NCBI GenBank assembly: GCA_964569795.1 | Contig: CAZMVB010000001.1 | Coordinates: forward strand, 131,233 to 195,232 | Source of the DNA: an uncultured Desulfarculales bacterium | GTDB lineage: Bacteria; Desulfobacterota; Desulfarculia; Desulfarculales; JAHJDS01 | Direction of reading: 5' to 3' | DNA: 64,000 nt | In this document: positions 56,674 through 64,000 of the stretch, piece by piece | Numbering within the stretch: position 1 is the first letter of the stretch | Layout: each line of letters opens with the position of its first letter | Made by a program: the position numbers and the translations under genes | Notes under the pieces: model-generated | Told to the model about the DNA's origin: nothing | Seen by the model: only the letters and a program-made list of their open reading frames with translations | The model's database searches: none

Positions 56674-57504
56674 ATGAGTACCGCTGCCTCCGGGACCTCC
56701 CCGCGCTCCGACGATGTGGTCCTGCACGTTGACGACATTTCCATGGCCTTCGGCAAGGTCCAGGCCCTGAGCAACGTCTCCCTCAAGGTCACCCAGGGGT
56801 CGATCCACTCGGTGATCGGTCCCAACGGGGCCGGCAAGACGGTCCTGATGAACTGCATCAACGGCCTGTACCGCCCCCAGCGGGGACGCATCTGGCTCAA
56901 GGGCAAGGACGTCACCCTGGTCACCCCCCATCGCCGGGCGGGGATGGGCCTGTCCCGCACCTTCCAGAAGATCGAACTGTTCGCCGGCATGACCGTCCTG
57001 GACAACATCCGCCTCGGCCGGCACATCCACCTCAAGAGCGGGGTCATGGCCGGCAGCGCCTATCTGGGCAAGGCCCGCCGCGAGGAGCTGCGCACCCGCA
57101 AGTTCATCGAGGAGGAGATCATCGACCTCCTGGAGATCGAGGCCATCCGCCACCGGACGGTGGGCATGCTGCCCTACGGTCTCCAGAAGCGGGTCGAACT
57201 GGGCCGGGCCCTGGCCCTGGAACCGGAAATCCTGATCCTGGACGAGCCCCTGGCCGGACTCAATCTCGAGGAGGTCGAGGACATGGCCCGCTTCATCCTC
57301 GACGTCAACGAGGAGGAGCGCTGGCAGGTGACCTGCGTCCTGGTCGAACACGACATGGGCGTGGTCATGGACATCTCCGACCAGGTCAGCGTACTCAGCT
57401 TCGGCAACCTCATCGCCGAGGGCACCCCCGAGGAAGTTCAGCAGAACCCCCTGGTCGTCGAGGCCTACCTGGGCGAGGACGAACTGTACGCCACCCGGGC
57501 CTGA
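56674..57504 (+). CDS. ABC transporter ATP-binding protein (LivG-like)
   Basis: Walker A GPNGAGKT, signature LPYGLQKR, Walker B ILILDEP. Confidence 0.85.
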   Translation: MSTAASGTSPRSDDVVLHVDDISMAFGKVQALSNVSLKVTQGSIHSVIGPNGAGKTVLMNCINGLYRPQRGRIWLKGKDVTLVTPHRRAGMGLSRTFQKIELFAGMTVLDNIRLGRHIHLKSGVMAGSAYLGKARREELRTRKFIEEEIIDLLEIEAIRHRTVGMLPYGLQKRVELGRALALEPEILILDEPLAGLNLEEVEDMARFILDVNEEERWQVTCVLVEHDMGVVMDISDQVSVLSFGNLIAEGTPEEVQQNPLVVEAYLGEDELYATRA

Positions 57505-57517
57505 TGGAGGTTAGTGG

Positions 57518-59593
57518 ATGATCCCGTTGAACATCGAGTGGGCCCCTCAGGTGGGCCACCTGGGCCTGATTCTGGTCCTGGTGGGGGGAGTGGCCTTGGC
57601 GGTCGTCTTTATGGGCCTGGCGGCACCCATGGCCGGTGCCGCCGGGAAAAAGAGCCGCTCCAAAACCTGCCCCGCCCTCACCTTCGAAGACATCACGCCC
57701 GATCTGACCATCCCCAAGCTATTCGTCCAGAAGGCCAAACATTACGGCGACCGCAAGGTCGCCATGCGCGAGAAGGAATTCGGCATCTGGGTGCCCATCA
57801 CCTGGCAGCAGTACTATGACAACGTCAAGTACATCGCCCTGGGGATGAAGCGGCTGGGCCTTAAGCGCGGCGACAAGGTGGCCATGATCGGCGACAACCG
57901 GCCCGAGGGCCTCTGGGCCGAGATGGCCGCCATGTGCGTCGGCGGCGTGGCCATCTGGCTCTTCCAGGACTGTCTGATGGAGGAGGTCAAGTACATCATC
58001 GACCACTCCGACACCAAGTTCTTCGTGGGCGAGGGGCAGGAAGAGGTGGACAAGGCCCTGTCCATCCGGGAGGACTGCCCCAAGATGATCAAGGTCATCT
58101 GGGACGACCCCAAGGGGATGCGCAATTACGACGACGACATCCTGATCAGCCTGGACAGGGTCATGGAGCTGGGCAGACAGCTCGACGCCGAGCAGCCCGA
58201 CCTCTTCGAGCAGGAGGTGGCCCGGGGCCGGTCCGAGGACGTGGCCCTCCTGTTCTACACCTCGGGGACCACCTCCCTGCCCAAGGGGGCGCTGTTGACC
58301 CACTACAACATGCTGACCATGGGCTCGGCCCTGATGGAGGTCGATCCCTGCTACGAGTCGGACGACTTCGTGTCCTATCTGCCCTTCGCCTGGATCGGCG
58401 AGCAGATGATGTCCATCTCCTGCGGGCTCCAGGTCGGCTTCACCATCAACTTCCCCGAGGAGCCCGAGACGGCCCAGGAGAACATCCGCGAGATCGGGCC
58501 CCACGTCATGTTCGCCCCGCCGCGGATGTACGAGGGTTTCGTGCGCAACGTCCAGGTCAAGCACCTGGACGCCCCCTGGATCAAGCGCAAGATGTACAGC
58601 CTGGCCCACTCCATCGGCTACCACGTCGCCGATCTCCGGTTCGAGAAAAAGCCGGTGGCCTGGTACTGGAAGCCGCTGGAGATGCTGGCCCACGCCGTCT
58701 GCTTCAAGAAGCTGACCGACCACCTGGGCCTGTCGAGGATCCGGAACTGCTACACCGGCGGCGCGGCCATGGGCCCGGACCACTTCCGCTTCTTCCACGC
58801 CATGGGGGTCAACCTCAAGCAGATCTACGGCCAGACCGAGATCGCCGGCATCAGCGTCGTCCACCGCGACGGCGACATCAAGTTCGACTCGGTGGGCCAT
58901 CCCCTGCCCAACACCGAGGTCAAGATCACCGAGGACGGCGAGATCATCTCCAAGAGCCCGTCGGTCTTCATCGGTTACTACAAGAACGACGAGGCCACGG
59001 AAAAGACCCTGGTGGACGGCTGGCTCTACTCGGGCGACAAGGGGTACATCGACGAGGAGGGGCACCTGGTCGTCTTCGACCGGACCAAGGACGTGATGAC
59101 CCTGTCCGACGGCTCGATCTTCGCCCCCCAGTTCCTGGAGACACGCATAAAATTCTCGCCCTATCTCCAGGACGCCTGGGTCATCGGCCACGAGCGGGAC
59201 TACGTCACCGCCGTGATCTGCATCGACTACAACGTCGTCGGCAAGTGGGCCGACGAGCACAAGCTCAATTACACCTCCTACCCGGAACTCAGCCAGCAGC
59301 AGGGGGTCTATGACCTGGTGGCCAGCCAGCTCAGGGAGGTCAACAAGACCCTCAAGCCGGTGGCCAAGATCAGGAAGTTCGTCAACCTCTACAAGCCGTT
59401 CGACGCCGACGACGACGAGCTGACCCGGACCCGCAAATTACGGCGGGCCTTTGTCGAGGACCGTTACCGGGACATCGTGGACGCCTTGTACGGGGACGCG
59501 GACAGACTCCACATGGACACGACCATCACCTACGAGGACGGCCGCCAGAGCCGAATCGTGACCGATCTGGCCATCGGGTTCCTGGAGGAATGA
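57518..59593 (+). CDS. AMP-forming acyl-CoA synthetase (long-chain-fatty-acid--CoA ligase family) with an N-terminal TM segment
   Basis: LFYTSGTTSLPKGALLTH AMP-binding motif, YGQTE, and GWLYSGDKGYIDEEGHL. The N-terminal hydrophobic segment is LGLILVLVGGVALAVVFMGL. Confidence 0.85.
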   Translation: MIPLNIEWAPQVGHLGLILVLVGGVALAVVFMGLAAPMAGAAGKKSRSKTCPALTFEDITPDLTIPKLFVQKAKHYGDRKVAMREKEFGIWVPITWQQYYDNVKYIALGMKRLGLKRGDKVAMIGDNRPEGLWAEMAAMCVGGVAIWLFQDCLMEEVKYIIDHSDTKFFVGEGQEEVDKALSIREDCPKMIKVIWDDPKGMRNYDDDILISLDRVMELGRQLDAEQPDLFEQEVARGRSEDVALLFYTSGTTSLPKGALLTHYNMLTMGSALMEVDPCYESDDFVSYLPFAWIGEQMMSISCGLQVGFTINFPEEPETAQENIREIGPHVMFAPPRMYEGFVRNVQVKHLDAPWIKRKMYSLAHSIGYHVADLRFEKKPVAWYWKPLEMLAHAVCFKKLTDHLGLSRIRNCYTGGAAMGPDHFRFFHAMGVNLKQIYGQTEIAGISVVHRDGDIKFDSVGHPLPNTEVKITEDGEIISKSPSVFIGYYKNDEATEKTLVDGWLYSGDKGYIDEEGHLVVFDRTKDVMTLSDGSIFAPQFLETRIKFSPYLQDAWVIGHERDYVTAVICIDYNVVGKWADEHKLNYTSYPELSQQQGVYDLVASQLREVNKTLKPVAKIRKFVNLYKPFDADDDELTRTRKLRRAFVEDRYRDIVDALYGDADRLHMDTTITYEDGRQSRIVTDLAIGFLEE

Positions 59594-59669
59594 CCCGGGT
59601 CAAGGCAGAGCGGCGGGACAACCGGTTATCGCCGGCAGCGGAAGCGGACACGCCGGGGGACGAATAGGA

Positions 59670-60815
59670 ATGGAAAACGTAAGCAAGTGGCAGATCGGCG
59701 GCTGGGCCTTCGCCGGCCTGGCGGGGCTGGCCTTCGTGGCCTGGCTCATCGGCGCGGCGGCCACCGGGCCGGAGCGGCTGCTCCAGACCGTGGTCGCCGG
59801 GATCATGCGGGGCAGCATTTACGCCCTGCTGGCCCTGGGCTGGGTGCTGATCTACAAGTGTTCGGGCGTGCTCAACCTGGCCATGGGCGAGTTGACCCTG
59901 ATCGGCGGCTACGTCTGCTGGCAGTTCAACACCTGGTACTTCAATCTGTTCAACGGCAACGCCGAGCTGTACACCCAGGTCAAGACCATGGTCTCCCAGT
60001 GGGGCATGGGACTGGGGGCGGTCCTGTTCGACGTCACCAACTTCCAGGCCCTGCCCGGATTTTCGTTCGAGGTCCTGCTGCCCTTCCTGCTGGCCCTGGC
60101 CACGACCCTGGTGGTCGGCCTGCTTCTGGGCATCCTGACCGAACGGGCCTTTCTGGACAGGATGATCGGCGAGCCGATCCTGGCGGTGATCATGGTCACC
60201 GTGGGCCTGTCATTCTTCTTCAACGGCATCTGCAAATTCCTGTGGGCGACCAACCAGCGGGAATGGATGCCCCAGGTCTTTCGCCCGGGGTCGGGCCTGG
60301 ATCTGGGGGTAATCCAGATCGAACCGGTTTACCTGGTGGCCCTGCCGGTGGTCCTGGTCCTGCTGACCGGGTTCATGTTTTTCTTCCAGCGGACCCGGTG
60401 GGGCCTGTCCATGCAGGCCACGGCCGACGACGAGATGGCCTCGTTGTCCCTGGGGGTCAGCGCCCGGTTCGTTTACGCCGCGGCCTGGTCCATCGCCTTC
60501 ATGGCCGCCGGCGTGGCCGGAACGATGATGGCCAGTGTCGAGGGGGCCGCCAGCGGCCGGATCGGCTTTTACGGGCTGCTGGTCCTGCCGGCGGTGGTCC
60601 TGGGGGGCCTGAACTCGATTCCCGGGGCGGTGGTCGGCGGGGTGGCCATCGGCGTGATGGAGATGTTGTGTTCGGTTTACCTGAGCCAGGTCCGGATCGG
60701 CAGCGTGGCCGTCCTGGCCGACGTCAGCGACTGGGGTCCTTTGGTGTTCATGGCCGTTTTCCTGTTGTACAAACCCTTCGGCTTATGGGGCTGGGAACGA
60801 ATAGAGCGGGTCTAG
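59670..60815 (+). CDS. ABC permease (LivH-like)
   Basis: Multi-TM protein with GSIYALLALGWVLIY and N..MGEL motifs typical of the LivH family. Confidence 0.85.
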   Translation: MENVSKWQIGGWAFAGLAGLAFVAWLIGAAATGPERLLQTVVAGIMRGSIYALLALGWVLIYKCSGVLNLAMGELTLIGGYVCWQFNTWYFNLFNGNAELYTQVKTMVSQWGMGLGAVLFDVTNFQALPGFSFEVLLPFLLALATTLVVGLLLGILTERAFLDRMIGEPILAVIMVTVGLSFFFNGICKFLWATNQREWMPQVFRPGSGLDLGVIQIEPVYLVALPVVLVLLTGFMFFFQRTRWGLSMQATADDEMASLSLGVSARFVYAAAWSIAFMAAGVAGTMMASVEGAASGRIGFYGLLVLPAVVLGGLNSIPGAVVGGVAIGVMEMLCSVYLSQVRIGSVAVLADVSDWGPLVFMAVFLLYKPFGLWGWERIERV

Positions 60816-60836
60816 GCCTGAGGAGGCGCAAGAGCG

Positions 60837-62093
60837 ATGTCCACGACCTGGTTGCCGTGCGGCACCTACCACGAAAACTACAAGAAGGACCAGGCCTGGT
60901 TCCAGACCAAGCTCATCCGGGGCAAGATGCTGATCCTGCTGCTGGTGCTGATCGGCCTGCCCTTTGTGGACTACGGGCTGTTGCCCGAATGGATCCTGAG
61001 GTGGTTCAACACCGGGACGTTCAGTCTGATCGGCTACCTCATCCTGGGGGCCCTGGGCGTCCAGCTCCTGATCGGGTACTGCGGTCAGATCACCCTGGGG
61101 CACGCCGCCTTTGTCGGGGTGGGGGCCTACGTCTCGACCCTGTTCATGAAGATCCCCTGGCCCTGGGCCCATCAGATGGGGATCGTCTTTCCGGTGTCGA
61201 TCATCTTCGCCGGGATCATCGCCGGGCTGCTCTCGGTCCTGTTCGGCCTGCCCTCGGCCCGGGTCAAGGGCTTTTACCTGATCATGACCACCATCGCCGC
61301 CCAGTGGGTGATCGTCAGCTTCCTGCTGGGCAAGATGGTGCCGACCATCTTCGGGTCCGGCGGCTGGCTGCCGCTGCAGGACGTGATCTCGAGCGATATC
61401 AACCCCTCCTGGCAGTGGAAGTTTTTGGCTTTGCCGCACGACTTCTCGTTCTGGGGGTATCTGACCGGGGAGACCGGGCTGGTGACCCAGGCCTCCCGGA
61501 CCTTCGGGCCGGCGGTCGGCCCCATCAAGCTGCAGGGGGGGCTGTACACCTACTACGTCACCCTGGCCCTGATCATCATCTGCTTCGTCGTGGTGGCCAA
61601 CCTGCTCCGGTCCAAGGTCGGCCGGGCCTGGGTGGCCATCCGGGACAACGACATCGCCGCCGAGGCCCTGGGCATCAACATCGTCTATTACAAGCTGCTG
61701 GCCTTTTTCGTGGCCGGGTTCATCGGCGGGGTGGCCGGGTCGGCCCTGGTGGCCTGGAACGCGGCGGTGACCCCCGAGTACTTCGACTGGGCCAAATCGT
61801 TGTGGCTGGTGGGCTACATCCTGATCGGCGGCGTGGGGTCGCTCTACGGGGTGGTCTTCGGCACGGTGTTCATCACCTTCATGGTCCAGATCCTGGCCGT
61901 GTATTCCGGGCCCATCGGCAACTTCATCCAGTTCTTTCTGCCGTTCATCAACACCCAGAACATCAAGGCCGGCTTCGAGTTGATCATCCTCGGTCTGTCG
62001 ATCTGCCTGTTCCTGATGTACGAGCCCAACGGTATGAGTTACCGCTGGTGGCAGGTCAAGAACTACTTCAACCTGTGGCCTTTCTCTTACTAG
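60837..62093 (+). CDS. ABC permease (LivM-like)
   Basis: GYCGQITLGHAAFVGVGAY motif and multi-TM topology. Confidence 0.85.
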   Translation: MSTTWLPCGTYHENYKKDQAWFQTKLIRGKMLILLLVLIGLPFVDYGLLPEWILRWFNTGTFSLIGYLILGALGVQLLIGYCGQITLGHAAFVGVGAYVSTLFMKIPWPWAHQMGIVFPVSIIFAGIIAGLLSVLFGLPSARVKGFYLIMTTIAAQWVIVSFLLGKMVPTIFGSGGWLPLQDVISSDINPSWQWKFLALPHDFSFWGYLTGETGLVTQASRTFGPAVGPIKLQGGLYTYYVTLALIIICFVVVANLLRSKVGRAWVAIRDNDIAAEALGINIVYYKLLAFFVAGFIGGVAGSALVAWNAAVTPEYFDWAKSLWLVGYILIGGVGSLYGVVFGTVFITFMVQILAVYSGPIGNFIQFFLPFINTQNIKAGFELIILGLSICLFLMYEPNGMSYRWWQVKNYFNLWPFSY

Positions 62094-62175
62094 GGGAACA
62101 CGCCCCCGACCGGGATGAAGGACCGGCGGCGGGGGTAAGGATTTTGGGACGCAAACCTAACTAAGGGGGAATTTT

Positions 62176-63435
62176 ATGCCGAAAAAAACATGGTTGAAAA
62201 GGCTGTTGGTGCCGATGCTGGTAGCGGCGTTCTGCCTGTGTGGCAGCGCGGCCCTGGCGGCCACCATGGTCAAGGTGGGCGGCATTATGGACACCACCGG
62301 GGCCACCTCGGACGTGGGCCGGGACTACACCCTGGGGATCCAGGAGGCGATCGCCTACGTCAACGACCACGGCGGCATCGACGGCCACGGCAAGGTCAAG
62401 ATCCAGCTTATCTGGGAGGATTACGCCTATCGTATTCCCCAGGCGATCACCCTGTACAAGCGCCTGAAGCGGATCGAGAAGGTGGTGGCCATCCTGGGTT
62501 GGGGCACCGGCGACACCGAGGCCCTGGCCCGGACGGTCACTCACGACAAGATGCCCTACGTCTCGGCCTCGTACTCGGCCCACCTGACCAATCCCAAGAA
62601 GACGCCCTACAACCTGTTCTTCTCCCCGGACTACTCGACCATGGCCCGGTCGGCGATGATCGCCTGGTACTACAAGGTCTGGAAGCCGAGGGGACTCAAG
62701 AGGGCGCCGCGGTTCATGTGCTTCTACGCCACCAACTCGGCCTATGCCCGGGCCCCGATCAAGGCCCTCAAGGACCAGGCCAAGCGGCTCGGCTTCGTGA
62801 TCGGCAAGGACCAGCACGTCTCCCTGACCGCCACCGACTGCAAGGGTCAGGTCCTGGCGGCCCTCAAGTTCAAGCCCGATCTGGTCTGGCACGGCAACAC
62901 CACCGGCGCGGTGGCCGCCGCCCTCAAGAGCGCCTACGTCCTCAAGCTGGGCGCCGACCACATCATCGACAACTGGGGCTACGACGAGAACCTGCCCAAG
63001 CTGGCCGGCCGGGCGGCCGAGGGGGCCATCGGACCGGCGCCCTGCGACTTCTTCATGGGCCACGGCAAGCTGATGGATCAGGTCCACAAGTACGCCAAGA
63101 AGCTGCACCCCAACGTCCCCTTCAGCGATCGTCTGATCCGGACGGTCCAGGCCTGGGGCGACGTCATGGTGCTCTGGGAGGCCATGAAGCGGGCCTACAA
63201 GGCCACTCACGGCAAGCTGACCGGCGAGGCCATCCTGAAGAAGGGCTTCGAGACCATGCGTAACTTCAATATCGGCCTGGGGGCCAGGCCGGTGACCTAC
63301 ACCGCCACCGATCACCGGGCGGCCTCGGGGGTCACCGTCTATCGGATCAAGAACGGCCGGTTCGTGCCGTTGATGACGGTCGATTTGAAGAAGATGTACC
63401 CCAAGCAGTGGGCCACCGAGTGGATCGGCTGGTAG
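62176..63435 (+). CDS. periplasmic substrate-binding protein (type-1 PBP, LivK-like)
   Basis: Signal peptide MPKKTWLKRLLVPMLVAAFCLCGSAALA. VKVGGIMDTTGATS...ILGWGTGDT pattern. Confidence 0.8.
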   Translation: MPKKTWLKRLLVPMLVAAFCLCGSAALAATMVKVGGIMDTTGATSDVGRDYTLGIQEAIAYVNDHGGIDGHGKVKIQLIWEDYAYRIPQAITLYKRLKRIEKVVAILGWGTGDTEALARTVTHDKMPYVSASYSAHLTNPKKTPYNLFFSPDYSTMARSAMIAWYYKVWKPRGLKRAPRFMCFYATNSAYARAPIKALKDQAKRLGFVIGKDQHVSLTATDCKGQVLAALKFKPDLVWHGNTTGAVAAALKSAYVLKLGADHIIDNWGYDENLPKLAGRAAEGAIGPAPCDFFMGHGKLMDQVHKYAKKLHPNVPFSDRLIRTVQAWGDVMVLWEAMKRAYKATHGKLTGEAILKKGFETMRNFNIGLGARPVTYTATDHRAASGVTVYRIKNGRFVPLMTVDLKKMYPKQWATEWIGW

Positions 63436-63505
63436 CCTGAAACCCGCTCCGGGCCGGGGAGGCCTCGCCGCCCCGCTCCGGAGCGCAACCCGAAGGAAAA
63501 CTCCG

Positions 63506-64000
63506 GTGGAACAACAACAGGCGGCGAATGCTGCGCCGGAAAAGACGGTGGAACCGATCCTCAAGATCAACAACATCGAGGTCCGGTATCACGAGGTGAT
63601 CCTGGTCCTCAAGGGCGTGTCGGTCGAGGTCCCCGCGGGGGGCATCATCGCCCTGCTGGGCGCCAACGGCGCCGGCAAGAGCACGACCCTCAAGGCCATC
63701 TCCGGACTCCTCAAGCACGAGGACGGCGAGGTGACCGACGGCTCGATCGAGTTCGAGGGCGTGCGCATCGACAAGAAACACGCCGAGGAGATCGCTAAAA
63801 AGGGGATCGTCCAGGTCATCGAGGGGCGGCGGGTGTTCGAGCACCTGACCGTCGAGCAGAACCTCAAGGTCGGGGCCCACATGCGCAAGCACGGTCGGTC
63901 CATCAGAAGCGGCCTGGACATGGTCTATTCCTATTTCCCCCGTCTCAAGGAGAAACGCAACGAGATCGCCGGCTTCGTGTCCGGGGGCGAGCAGCAGATG
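63506..64000 (+). CDS. ABC transporter ATP-binding protein (LivF-like), runs off the right edge
   Basis: GTG start after AAGGA. Walker A GANGAGKST and signature SGGEQQM at the window end. Not in the ORF track (no stop codon). Confidence 0.8.
   Translation, partial: MEQQQAANAAPEKTVEPILKINNIEVRYHEVILVLKGVSVEVPAGGIIALLGANGAGKSTTLKAISGLLKHEDGEVTDGSIEFEGVRIDKKHAEEIAKKGIVQVIEGRRVFEHLTVEQNLKVGAHMRKHGRSIRSGLDMVYSYFPRLKEKRNEIAGFVSGGEQQM

Overview
High-G+C chromosomal segment that looks like a Desulfobacterota (sulfate-reducer-type) genome. The pointers are a DsrMK-like module, alternative heme (Ahb) genes, many Fe-S/radical-SAM proteins and many exported proteins. I call about 57 protein-coding genes (two of them truncated at the window edges). 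Many long ORFs in the track are GC-driven shadow frames or 5' over-extensions, so I re-derived several starts from start codons and Shine-Dalgarno motifs. The housekeeping core is lipB-lipA, rpmE-DUF1385-prfA-MBL-hemB-ahbC/D-ahbA/B, nrdJ, and a Liv-type ABC transporter with an embedded acyl-CoA synthetase. No rRNA, tRNA, CRISPR array, transposase, integrase or recognisable multi-gene defence system was found. I found no compelling novel multi-gene system; the best leads are single loci. (1) A c-di-GMP-I (GEMM-I)-like riboswitch with its own promoter and terminator sits upstream of an HDOD gene, in a window rich in c-di-GMP genes (2 HDOD, PilZ, HD-GYP). (2) A 70-bp direct repeat of the nrdJ 3' end brackets a ~1.8-kb insertion that is mostly AT-rich. 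The insertion carries a HAD phosphatase and a zinc-ribbon paralog, and it displaces the original nrdJ 3' end and terminator. (3) A 3.5-copy 84-bp tandem repeat with an internal perfect palindrome lies in a convergent intergenic region. (4) A low-GC, single-gene STAND NTPase-TPR locus has no recognisable effector domain. (5) A ~450-nt structured leader with a consensus promoter precedes nrdJ. All family calls come from reading motifs by eye. No database search, GC calculation or RNA folding was run.
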